A stretch of 64,000 bases of DNA from the human T2T-CHM13v2.0 reference genome, Homo sapiens: NCBI RefSeq assembly GCF_009914755.1, contig NC_060925.1. One strand, written 5' to 3'. The notes under the pieces are model-generated. The model saw only the letters and a list, made by a program, of their open reading frames with translations. It searched no databases and was not told the origin of the DNA. How positions within the stretch are numbered: the first letter of the stretch is position 1; every line of letters begins with the position of its first letter. This document shows positions 28,806 through 43,300 of the stretch, piece by piece. A program made the translations under genes and the position numbers.

Positions 28806-31300
28806 ATGGAATCGTCATCGAATGAATTGAATGCAATCATCGAATGGTCTCGAATGGAATCATCTTCTAATGGAATGGAATGGAATCATCGCATAGAATC
28901 GAATGGAATTATCATCCAATGGAATCGAATGGTATCAACATCAAACGGAAAAAAACGGAATTATCGAATGGAACCAAAGAGAATCTTCGAACGGACCCGA
29001 ATGGAATCATCTAATGGAATGGAATGGAATAATCCATGGACTCGAATGAAATCATCATCGAATGGAATCGAATGGAAACATTGAAAGGACTCGTATGGAA
29101 TAATCATTGAACGGAATCGAATGGAATCATCATCGGATGGAAATGAATGGAATCATCATCGAATGGAATCGAATAGAATTATGGAATGAAATCCAGTGTG
29201 ATCATCATCGAATGGACCCGAATGGAATCATCATCCAACGGAAGCTAATGGAATCAACATACAATGAATCGAATGGAAACACCATCGAATTGAAACGAAT
29301 GGAATTACCATGAAATTGAAATGGATGGACTCATCATCGAATGGATTCCAATGGAATCATCGAATAAAATTGATTGAAATCATCATCGAATGGAATCGAA
29401 TGGTATCATTGAATGGAATCGAATGGAATCATCATCAGATGGAAATGAATGGAATCGTCATAGAATGGAATCGAATGGATTCATTGAATGGAATCAGATG
29501 GAATCATCGAATGGACTGGAATGGAATCATTGAATGGACTCGAAAGGGATCATTATTGAATGGAATTGAATGGAATCATCGAATGGTCTCGATTGGAATC
29601 ATTATCAAATGGAATCGAATGGAATCACCGAATAGAATCGAATGGAACAATCATCGAATGGACTCAAATGGAATTATCCTCAAATAGAATCGAATGGAAT
29701 TATCGAATGCAATCGAATGGAATTAACGAATGCAATCGAATAGAATCATCGAATGGACTCGAATGGAATCATCGAATGGAATGGAATGGAACAGTCAATA
29801 AACTCGAATGGAATCATCATTGAATGGAATCGAATGGAATCATCGAGTGGAATCGAATGGAATTATGATCAAATGGAATCGAATGTAATCATCATCAAAT
29901 GGAATCAAAAATAACCATCATCAATTGGTATTGAATGGAATTGTCATCAAATGGAATTCAAAGGAATCATCATCAAATGGAAACGAATGGAATCCTCATT
30001 GAATGGAAATGAAAGGGGTCATCATCTAATGGAATGGCATGGAATCATCATCAAATGGAAACGAATGGAATCATCATCAAATGGAATCTAATGGAATCAT
30101 TGCAAGAATTGAATGGAATCATCATCGAATGAATTGAATGCAATCATCGAATGGTCTCGAATGGAACCATCTTCTAATGGAAAGGAATGGAATCATCGCA
30201 TAGAATCGAATGGAATTGTCATCGAATAGAATCGAATGGTATCAACACCAAACGGAAAAAAACGGAATTATCGAATGGAATCGAAGAGAATCTTCGAACG
30301 GACCCGATGGAATCATCTATTGGAATGGAATGGAATAATCCATGGACTCGAATGCAATCATCATCGAATGGAATCGAATGGAATCATCGAATGGACTCGA
30401 ATGGAATAATCATTGAACGGAATCGAATGGAATCATCATCGGATGGAAACGAATGGAATCATCATCGAATGGAAATGAAAGGAGTCATCATCTAATGGAA
30501 TTGCATGGAATCATCATCAAATGGAATCGAATGGAATCAACATCAAATGCAATCAAATGGAATCATTGAACGGAATTGAATGGAATCGTCATCGAATGAA
30601 TTGAATGCAATCATCGAATGGTCTCGAATGGAATCATCTTCAAATGGAATGGAATGGAATCATCGCATAGAATCGAATGGAATTATCATCGAATGGAATC
30701 GAATGGAATCAACATCAAATGGAAACAAAAGGAATTATTGAAAGGAATTAAATGGAATCGTCAACGAATGAATTGAATGCAATCATCGAACGGTCTCGAA
30801 TGGAATCATCTTCAAATGGAATGGAATGGAATCATCGCATAGAATCGAATGGAATTATCATCGAATGGAATCGAATGAAATCAACATCAAACGGAAAAAA
30901 ACGGAATTATCGAATGGAATCGAAAAGAATCATCGAATGGTCCCGAATGGAATCATCTAATGGAATGGAATGGAATAATCCATGGACTCGAATGCAATCA
31001 TCATCGAATGGAATCGAATGGAATCATCGAATGGACTCGAATGGAATAATCATTGAACGGAATCGAATGGAATCATCATCGGATGGAAATGAATGGAATC
31101 ATCATCGAATGGAATCGAATAGAATTATGGAATGAAATCCAGTGTGATCATCATCGAATGGACCCGAATGGAATCATCATCCAACGGCAGCTAATGGAAT
31201 CAACATCGAATGAATCGAATGGAAACACCATCGAATTGAAACGAATGGAATTATCATGAAATTGAAATGGATGGACTCATCATCGAATGGATTCGAATGG

Positions 31301-34300
31301 AATCATCGAGTGGAATCGAATGGAATTATGATCAAATGGAATCGAATGTAATCATCATCAAATGGAATCAAAAATAACCATCATCAATTGGTATTGAATG
31401 GAATTCTCATCAAATGGAATTCAAAGGAATCATCATCAAATGGAACTGAATGGAATCCTCATTGAATGGAAATGAAAGGGGTCATCATCTAATGGAATCG
31501 CATGGAATCATCATCAAATGGAATCGAATGGAATCATCATCAAATGGAATCTGATGGAATCATTGAACAGAATTGAATGGAATCGTCATCGAATGAATTG
31601 AATGCAATCATCGAATGGTCTCGAATGTAATCACATTCTAATGGAAAGGAATGGAATCATCGCATAGAATCGAATGGAATTAACATTGAATGGACTCGAA
31701 TGGAATCAACATCAAACGGAATCAAGCGGAATTATCGAATGGAATCGAAGAGAATCATCGAATGGTCTCGAATGGAATCATCTTCTAATGGAAAGGAATG
31801 GAATCATCGCATAGAATCGAATGGAATTAACATTGAATGGACTCGAATGGAATCAACATCAAATGGAATCAAGCGGAATGATCGAATGAAATCGAAGAGA
31901 ATCATCGAATGGACTCGAATGGAATCATCTAATGGAATGGAATGGAATAATCCACGGACTCGAATGCAATCATCATCCTATAGAATCAAATGGAATCATC
32001 GAAAGGACTCGAATGGAATAACCATTGAACGGAATCGAATGGAATCATCATCGGATGGAAACGAATGGAATCATCATCGAATGGAAATGAAATGAGTCAT
32101 CATCTAATGGAATTGCATGGAATCATCATAAAATGGAATCGAATGGAATCATCATCAAATGGAATCAAATGGAATCATTGAACGGAATTGAATGGAATCG
32201 TCATCGAATGAATTGAATGCAATCATCGAATGGTCTCGAATGGAATCATCTTCAAATGGAATGGAATGGAATCATCGCATAGAATCGAATGGAATTATCA
32301 TCGAATGGAATCGAATGGTATCAACATCAAACGGAAAAAAACGGAATTATCGAATGGAATCAAAGAGAATCTTCGAACGGACCCGAATGGAATCATCTAA
32401 TGGAATGGAATGGAATAATCCATGGACTCGAATGCAATCATCATCGAATGGAATCGAATGGAATCATTGAAAGGACTCGAATGGAATAATCATTGAACGG
32501 AATCGAATGGAATCATCATCGGATGGAAATGAATGGAATCATCATCGAATGGAATCGAATAGAATTATGGAATGAAATCCAGTGTGATCATCATCGAATG
32601 GACCCGAATGGAATCATGATCCAACGGAAGCTAATGGAATCAACATCGAATGAATCGAATGGAAACACCATCGAATTGAAACGAATGGAATTATCATGAA
32701 ATTGAAATGGATGGACTCATCATCGAATGGATTCGAAAGGAATCATCGAATAAAATTGATTGAAATCATCATCGAATGGAATCGAATGGTATCATTGAAT
32801 GGAATCGAATGGAATCATCATCAGATGGAAATGAATGGAATCGTCATAGAATGGAATCGAATGGATTCATTGAATGGAATCAGATGGAATCATCGAATGG
32901 ACTGGAATGGAATCATTGAATGGACTCGAAAGAGATCATGATTGAATGGAATTGAATGGAATCATCGAATGGTCTCGATTGGAATCATTATCAAATGGAA
33001 TCGAATGGAATCACCGAATAGAATCGAATGGAACAATCATCGAATGGACTCAAATGGAATTATCCTCCAATGGAATCGAATGGAATTATCGAATGCAATC
33101 GAATGGAATTATCGAATGCAATCGAATAGAATCATCGAATGGACTCGAATGGAATCATCGAATGGAATGGAATGGAACAGTCAATGAACTCGAATGGAAT
33201 CATCATTGAATGGAATCGAATGGAATCATCGAGTGGAATCGAATGGAATTATGATCAAATGGAATCGAATATAATCATCATCAAATGGAATCAAAAATAA
33301 CCATCATCAATTGGTATTGAATGGAATTTTCATCAAATGGAATTCAAAGGAAACATCATCTAATGGAACCGAATGGAATCCTCATTGAATGGAAATGAAA
33401 GGGGTCATCATCTAATGGAATTGCATGGAATCATCATCAAATGGAATCGAATGGAATCATCATCAAATGGAATCTAATGGAATCATTCAACAGAATTGAA
33501 TGGAATCGTCATCGAATGAATTGAATGCAATCATCGAATGGTCTCGAATGGAACCATCTTCTAATGGAAAGGAATGGAATCATCGCATAGAATCGAATGG
33601 AATTATCATCGAATGGAATCGAATGGTATCAACACCAAACGGAAAAAAACGGAATTATCGAATGGAATCGAAGAGAATCTTCGAACGGACCCGAATGGAA
33701 TCATCTAATGGAATGGAATGGAATAATCCATGGACTCGAATGCAATCATCATCGAATGGAATCGAATGGAATCATCGAATGGACTCGAATGGAATAATCA
33801 TTGAACGGAATCGAATGGAATCATCATCGGATGGAAACGAATGGAATCATTATCGGATGGGAATGAAAGGAGTCATCATCTAATGGAATTGCATGGAATC
33901 ATCATAAAATGGAATCGAATGGAATCAACATCAAATGGAATCAAATGGAATCATTGAACGGAATTGAATGGAATCGTCATCGAATGAATTGAATGCAATC
34001 ATCGAATGGTCTCGAATGGAATCATCTTCAAATGGAATGGAATGGAATCATCGCATAGAATCGAATGGAATTATCATCGAATGTAATCGAATGGAATCAA
34101 CACCAAACGGAAAAAAACGGAATTATCGAATGGAATCGAAGAGAATCATCGAATGGACCCGAATGGAATCATCTAATGGAATGGAATGGAATAATCCATG
34201 GACTCGAATGCAATCATCATCGAATGGAATCGAATGGAATCATCGAATAGACTCGAATGGAATAATCATTGAACGGAATCGAATGGAATCATCATCGGAT

Positions 34301-37300
34301 GGAAACGAATGGAATCATCATTGAATGGAATCGAATAGAATTATGGAATGAAATCCAGTGTGATCATCATCGAATGGACCCGAATGGAATCATCATCCAA
34401 CGGAAGCTAATGGAATCAACATCGAATGAATCGAATGGAAACACCATCGAATTGAAACGAATGGAATTACCATGAAATTGAAATGGATGGACTCATCATC
34501 AAATTGATTCGAATGGAATCATCGAATAAAATTGATTGAAATCATCATCGAATGGAATCGAATGGTATCATTGAATGGAATCGAATGGAATCATCATCAG
34601 ATGGAAATGAATGGAATCGTCATAGAATGGAATCGAATGGATTCATTGAATGGAATCAGATGGAATCATTGAATGGACTGGAATGGAATCATTGAATGGA
34701 CTCGAAAGGGATCATTATTGAATGGAATTGAATGGAATCATCGAATGGTCTCGATTGGAATCATTATCAAATGGAATCGAATGGAATCACCGAATAGAAT
34801 CGAATGGAACAATCATCGAATGGACTCAAATGGAATTATCCTCCAATGGAATCGAATGGAATTATCGAATGCAATCGAATGGAATTATCGAATGCAATCG
34901 AATAGAATCATCGAATGGACTCGAATGGAATCATCGAATGGAATGGAATGGAACAGTCAATGAACTCGAATGGAATCATCATTGAATGGAATCGAATGGA
35001 ATCATCGAGTGGAATCGAAAGGAATTATGACAAAATGGAATCGAATGGAATCATCATCAAATGGAATCAAAAATAACCATCATAAATTGGTATTGAATGG
35101 AATTGTCATCAAATGGAATTCAAAGGAATCATCATCAAATGGAACCGAATGGAATCCTCATTGATTGGAAATGAAAGGGGTCATCATCTAATGGAATCGC
35201 ATGGAATCATCATGAAATGGAATCGAATGGAATCATCATCAAATGGAATCTAATGGAATCATTGAACAGAATTGAATGGAATCGTCATCGAATGAATTGA
35301 ATGCAATCATCGAATGGTCTCGAATGGAATCATCTTCTAATGGAAAGGAATGGAATCATCGCATAGAATCGAATGGAATTATCATCGAATGGAATCGAAT
35401 GGTATCAACACCAAACGGAAAAAAACGGAATTATCGAATGGAATCGAAGAGAATCTTCGAACGGACCCGAATGGAATCATCTAATGGAATGGAATGGAAT
35501 AATCCATGGACTCGAATGCAATCATCATCGAATGGAATCGAATGGAATCATCGAATGGACTCGAATGGAATAATCATTGAACGGAATCGAATGGAATCAT
35601 CATCGGATGGAAACGAATGGAATCATCATCGAATGGAAATGAAAGGAGTCATCATCTAATGGAATTGCATGGAATCATCATCAAATGGAATCGAATGGAA
35701 TCAACATCAAATGGAATCAAATGGAATCATTGAACGGAATTGAATGGAATCGTCATCGAATGAATTGAATGCAATCATCGAATGGTCTCGAATGGAATCA
35801 TCTTCAAATGGAATGGAATGGAATCATCGCATAGAATCGAATGGAATTATCATCGAATGGAATCGAATGGAATCAACATCAAACGGAAAAAAACGGAATT
35901 ATCGAATGGAATCGAAGAGAATCATCGAATGGACCCGAATGGAATCACCTAATGGAATGGAATGGAATAATCCATGGACTCGAATGCAATCATCATCGAA
36001 TGGAATCGAATGGAATCATCGAATGGACTCGAATGGAATAATCATTGAACGGAATCGAATGGAATCATCATCGGATGAAAATGTAAGGAGTCATCATCTA
36101 ATGGAATTGCATGGAATCATCATAAAGTGGAATCGAATGGAATCAACATCAAATGGAATCAAATGGAATCATTGAACGGAATTGAATGGAATCGTCATCG
36201 AATGAATTGAATGCAATCATCGAATGGTCTCGAATGGAATCATCTTCAAATGGAATGGAATGGAATCATCGCATAGAATCGAATGGAATTATCATCGAAT
36301 GGAATCGAATGGAATCAACATCAAACGGAAAAAAACGGAATTATCGAATGGAATCGAAGAGAATCATCGAATGGACCCGAATGGAATCATCTAATGGAAT
36401 GGAATGGAATAATCCATGGACTCGAATGCAATCATCATCGAATGGAATCGAATGGAATCATCGAATGGACTCGAATGGAATAATCATTGAACGGAATCGA
36501 ATGGAATCATCATCGGATGGAAATGAATGGAATCATCATCGAATGGAATCGAATAGAATTATGGAATGAAATCCAGTGTGATCATCATCGAATGGACCCG
36601 AATGGAATCATCATCCAACGGAAGCTAATGGAATCAACATCGAATGAATCAAATGGAAACACCATCGAATTGAAACGAATGGAATTACCATGAAATTGAA
36701 ATGGATGGACTCATCATCGAATGGATTCGAATGGAATCATCGAATAAGATTGATTGAAATCATCATCGAATGGAATCGAATGGTATCATTGAATGGAATC
36801 GAATAGAATCATCATCAGATGGAAATGAATGGAATCGTCATAGAATGGAATCGAATGGATTCATTGAATGGAATCAGATGGAATCATCGAATGGACTAGA
36901 ATGGAATCATTGAATGGACTCGAAAGGGATCATGATTGAATGGAATTGAATGGAATCATCGAATGGTCTCGAATTGAATCATTATCAAATGGAATCGAAT
37001 GGAATCACCGAATAGAATCGAATGGAACAATCATCGAATGGACTCAAATGGAATTATCCTCAAATGGAATTGAATGGAATTATCGAATGCAATCGAATGG
37101 AATTATCGAATGCAATCGAATAGAATCATCGAATGGACTCGAATGGAATCATCGAATGGAATGGAATGGAACAGTCAATGAACTCGAATGGAATCATCAT
37201 TGAATGGAATCGAATGGAATCATCGAGTGGAATCGAATGTAATCATCATCAAATGGAATCAAAAATAACCATCATCAAATGGAATCAAAAATAACCATCA

Positions 37301-40300
37301 TCAATTGATATTGAATGGAATTCTCATCAAATGGAATTCAAAGGAATCATCATCAAATGGAACCGAATGGAATCCTCATTGAATGGAAATGAAAGGGGTC
37401 ATCATCTAATGGAATCGCATGGAATCATCATAAAATGGAATCGAATGGAATCAACATCAAATGGAATCAAATGGAATCATTGAACGGAATTGAATGGAAT
37501 CGTCATCGAATGAATTGAATGCAATCATCGAATGGTCTCGAATGGAATCATCTTCAAATGGAATGGAATGGAATCATCGCATAGAATCGAATGGAATTAT
37601 CATCGAATGGAATCGAATGGAATCAACACCAAACGGAAAAAAACGGAATTATCGAATGGAATCGAAGAGAATCATCGAATGGACCCGAATGGAATCATCT
37701 AATGGAATGGAATGGAATAATCCATGGACTCGAATGCAATCATCATCGAATGGAATCGAATGGAATCATCGAATGGACTCGAATGGAATAATCATTGAAC
37801 GGAATCGAATGGAATCATCATCGGATGGAAACGAATGGAATCATCATCGAATGGAATCGAATAGAATTATGGAATGAAATCCAGTGTGATCATCATCGAA
37901 TGGACCCGAATGGAATCATCATCCAACGGAAGCTAATGGAATCAACATCGAATGAATCGAATGGAAACACCATCGAATTGAAACGAATGGAATTACCATG
38001 AAATTGAAATGGATGGACTCATCATCAAATGGATTCGAATGGAATCATCGAATAAAATTAATTGAAATCATCATCGAATGGAATCGAATGGTATCATTGA
38101 ATGGAATCGAATGGAATCATCATCAGATGGAAATGAATGGAATCGTCATAGAATGGAATCGAATGGATTCATTGAATGGAATCAGATGGAATCATTGAAT
38201 GGACTGGAATGGAATCATTGAATGGACTCGAAAGGGATCATTATTGAATGGAATTGAATGGAATCATCGAATGGTCTCGATTGGAATCATTATCAAATGG
38301 AATCGAATGGAATCACCGAATAGAATCGAATGGAACAATCATCGAATGGACTCAAATGGAATTATCCTCCAATGGAATCGAATGGAATTATCGAATGCAA
38401 TCGAATGGAATTATCGAATGCAATCGAATAGAATCATCGAATGGACTCGAATGGAATCATCGAATGGAATGGAATGGAACAGTCAATGAACTCGAATGGA
38501 ATCATCATTGAATGGAATCATCGAGAGGAATCGAAAGGAATTATGATCAAATGGAATCGAACGTAATCATCATGAAATGGAATCAAAAATAACCATCATC
38601 AATTGGTATTGAATGGAATTGTCATCAAATGGAATTCAAAGGAATCATCATCAAATGGAACCGAATGGAATCCTCATTGAATGGAAATGAAAGGGGTCAT
38701 CATCTAATGGAATCGCATGGAATCATCATCAAATGGAATCGAATGGAATCATCATCAAATGGAATCTAATGGAATCATTGAAAAGAATTGAAGGGAGTCG
38801 TCATCGAATGAATTGAATGCAATCATCGAATGGTCTCGAATGGAATCATCTTCTAATGGAAAGGACTGGAATCATCGCATAGAATCGAATGGAATTATCA
38901 TCGAATGGAATCGAATGGTATCAACACCAAACGGAAAAAAACGGAATTATCGAATGGAATCGAAGAGAATCTTCGAACGGACCCGAATGGAATCATCTAA
39001 TGGAATGGAATGGAATAATCCATGGACTCGAATGCAATCATCATCGAATGGAATCGAATGGAATCATCGAATGGACTCGAATGGAATAATCATTGAACGG
39101 AATCGAATGGAATTATCATCGGATGGAAACGAATGGAATCATCATCGAATGGAAATGTAAGGAGTCATCATCTAATGGAATTGCATGGAATCATCATAAA
39201 ATGGAATCGAATGGAATCAACATCAAATGGAATCAAATGGAATCATTGAACGGAATTGAATGGAATCGTCATCGAATGAATTGAATGCAATCATCGAATG
39301 GTCTCGAATGGAATCATCTTCAAATGGAAGGGAATGGAATCATCGCATAGAATCGAATGGAATTATCATCGAATGGAATCGAATGGAATCAACATCAAAC
39401 AGAAAAAAACGGAATTATCGAATGGAATCGAAGAGAATCATCGAATGGACCCGAATGGAATCATCTAATGGAATGGAATGGAATAATCCATGGACTCGAA
39501 TGCAATCATCATCGAATGGAATCGAATGGAATCATCGAATGGACTCGAATGGAATAATCATTGAACGGAATCGAATGGAATCATCATCGGATGGAAATGA
39601 ATGGAATCATCATCGAATGGAATCGAATAGAATTATGGAATGAAATCCAGTGTGATCATCATCGAATGGACCCGAATGGAATTATCATCCAACGGAAGCT
39701 AATGGAATCAACATCGAATGAATCGAATGGAAACACCATCGAATTGAAACGAATGGAATTACCATGAAATTGAAATGGATGGACTCATCATCGAATGGAT
39801 TCGAATGGAATCATCGAATAAAATTGATTGAAATCATCATCGAATGGAATCGAATGGTATCATTGAATGGAATCGAATGGAATCATCATCAGATGGAAAT
39901 GAATGGAATCGTCATAGAATGGAATCGAATGGATTCATTGAATGGAATCAGATGGAATCATCGAATGGACTGGAATGGAATCATTGAATGGACTCGAAAG
40001 GGATCATTATTGAATGGAATTGAATGGAATCATCGAATGGTCTCGATTGGAATCATTATCAAATGGAATCGAATGGAATCACCGAATAGAATCGAATGGA
40101 ACAATCATCGAATGGACTCAAATGGAATTATCCTCAAATGGAATCGAATGGAATTATCGAATGCAATCGAATGGAATTATCGAATGCAATCGAATAGAAT
40201 CATCGAATGGACTCGAATGGAATCATCGAATGGAATGGAATGGAACAGTCAATGAACTCGAATGGAATCATTATTGAATGGAATCGAATGGAATCATCGA

Positions 40301-43300
40301 GTGGAATCGAATGGAATTATGATCAAATGGAATCGAATGTAATCATCATCAAATGGAATCAAAAATAACCATCATCAATTGGTATTGAATGGAATTGTCA
40401 TCAAATGGAATTTAAGGGAATCATCATCAAATGGAACCGAATGGAATCCTCATTGAATGGAAATGAAAGTGGTCATCATCTAATGGAATCGCATGGAATC
40501 ATCATCAAATGGAATCGAATGGAATCATCATCAAATGGAATCTAATGGAATCATTGAAAGAATTGAATGGAATCATCATCGAATGAATTGAATGCAATCA
40601 TCGAATGGTCTCGAATGGAATCATCTTCTAATGGAAAGGAATGGAATCATCGCATAGAATCGAATGGAATTATCATCGAATGGAATCGAATGGTATCAAC
40701 ACCAAACGGAAAAATACGGAATTATCGAATGGAATCGAAGAGAATCATCGAAGGGACCCGAATGGAATCATCTAATTGAATGGAATGGAATAATCCATGG
40801 ACTCGAATGCAATCATCATCGAATGGAATCGAATGGAATCATTGAAAGGACTCGAATGGAATAATCATTGAACGGAATCGAATGGAATCATCATCGGATG
40901 GAAATGAATGGAATCATCATCGAATGGAATCGAATAGAATTATGGAATGAAATCCAGTGTGATCATCATCGAATGGACCCGAATGGAATCATCATCCAAC
41001 GGAAGCTAATGGAATCAACATCGAATGAATCGAATGGAAACACCATCGAATTGAAACGAATGGAATTATCATGAAATTGAAATGGATGGACTCATCATCG
41101 AATGGATTCGAATGGAATCATCGAATAAAATTGATTGAAATCATCATCGAATGGAATCGAATGGTATCATTGAATGGAATCGAATGGAATCATCATCTGA
41201 TGGAAATGAATGGAATCGTCATAGAATGGAATCGAATGGATTCACTGAATGGAATCAGATGGAATCATCGAATGGACTGGAATGGAATCATTGAATGGAC
41301 TCGAAAGGGATCATTATTGAATGGAATTGAATGGAATCATCGAATGGTCTCTATTGGAATCATTATCAAATGGAATCGAATGGAATCATCGAATAGAATC
41401 GAATGGAACAATCATCGAATGGACTCCAATGGAATTATCCTCAAATGGAATCGAATGGAAATATCGAATGCAATCGAATGGAATTATCGAATGCAATCGA
41501 ATAGAATCATCGAATGGACTCGAATGGAATCATCGAATGGAATGGAATGGAACAGTCAATGAACTCGAATGGAATCATCATTGAATGGAATCGAATGGAA
41601 TCATCGAGTGGAATCGAATGGAATTATGATCAAATGGAATCGAATGTAATCATCATCAAATGGAATCAAAAATAACCATCATCAATTGGTATTGAATGGA
41701 ATTGTCATCAAATGGAATTCAAAGGAATCATCATCAAATGGAACTGAATGGAATCCTCATTGAATGGAAATGAAAGGGGTCATCATCTAATGGAATCGCA
41801 TGGAATCATCATCAAATGGAATCGAATGGAATCATCATCAAATGGAATCTAATGGAATCATTGAAAGAATTGAATGGAATCATCATCGAATGAATTGAAT
41901 GCAATCATCGAATGGTCTCGAATGGAATCATCTTCTAATGGAAAGGAATGGAATCATCGCATAGAATCGAATGGAATTATCATCGAATGGAATCGAATGG
42001 TATCAACACCAAACGGAAAAAAACGGAATTATGGAATGGAATCGAAGAGAATCTTCGAACGGACCCGAATGGAATCATCTAATGGAATGGAATGGAATAA
42101 TCCATGGACACGAATGCAATCATCATCGAATGGAATCGAATGGAATCATCGAATGGACTCGAATGGAATAATCATTGAACGGAATCGAATGGAATCATCA
42201 TCGGATGGAAATGAATGGAATCATCATCGAATGGAATCGAATAGAATTATGGAATGAAATCCAGTGTGATCATCATCGAATGGACCCGAATGGAATCATC
42301 ATCCAACGGAAGCTAATGGAATCAACATCGAATGAATCGAATGGAATCATCATCGCATGGAAACGAATGGAATCATCATCGAATGGAAATGAAAGGAGTC
42401 ATCATCTAATGGAATTGCATGGAATCATCATCAAATGGAATCGAATGGAATCAACATCAAATGGAATCAAATGGAATCATTGAACGGAATTGAATGGAAT
42501 CGTCATCGAATGAATTGAATGCAATCATCGAATGGTCTCGAATGGAATCATCTTAAAATGGAATGGAATGGAATCATCGCATAGAATCGAATGGAATTAT
42601 CATCGAATGGAATCGAATGGAATCAACATCAAACGGAAAAAAACGGAATTATCGAATGGAATCGAAGAGAATCATCGAATGGACCCGAATGGAATCATCT
42701 AATGGAATGGAATGGAATAATCCATGGACTCGAATGCAATCATCATCGAATGGAATCGAATGGAATCATCGAATGGACTCGAATGGAATAATCATTGAAC
42801 GGAATCGAATGGAATCATCATCGGATGGAAATGAATGGAATCATCATCGAATGGAATCGAATAGAATTATGGAATGAAATCCAGTGTGATCATCATCGAA
42901 TGGACCCGAATGGAATCATCATCCAACGGAAGCTAATGGAATCAACATCGAATGAATCCAATGGAAACACCATCGAATTGAAACGAATGGAATTACCATG
43001 AAATTCAAATGGATGGACTCATCATCAAATGGATTCGAGTGGAATCATCAAATAAAATTGATTGAAATCATCATCGAATGGAATCGAATGGTATCATTGA
43101 ATGGAATCGAATGGAATCATCATCAGATGGAAATGAAAGGAATCGTCATAGAATGGAATCGAATGGATTCATTGAATGGAATCAGATGGAATCATCGAAT
43201 GGACTGGAATGGAATCATTGAATGGACTCGAAAGGGATCATTATTGAATGGAATTGAATGGAATCATCGAATGGTCTCGATTGGAATCATTATCAAATGG

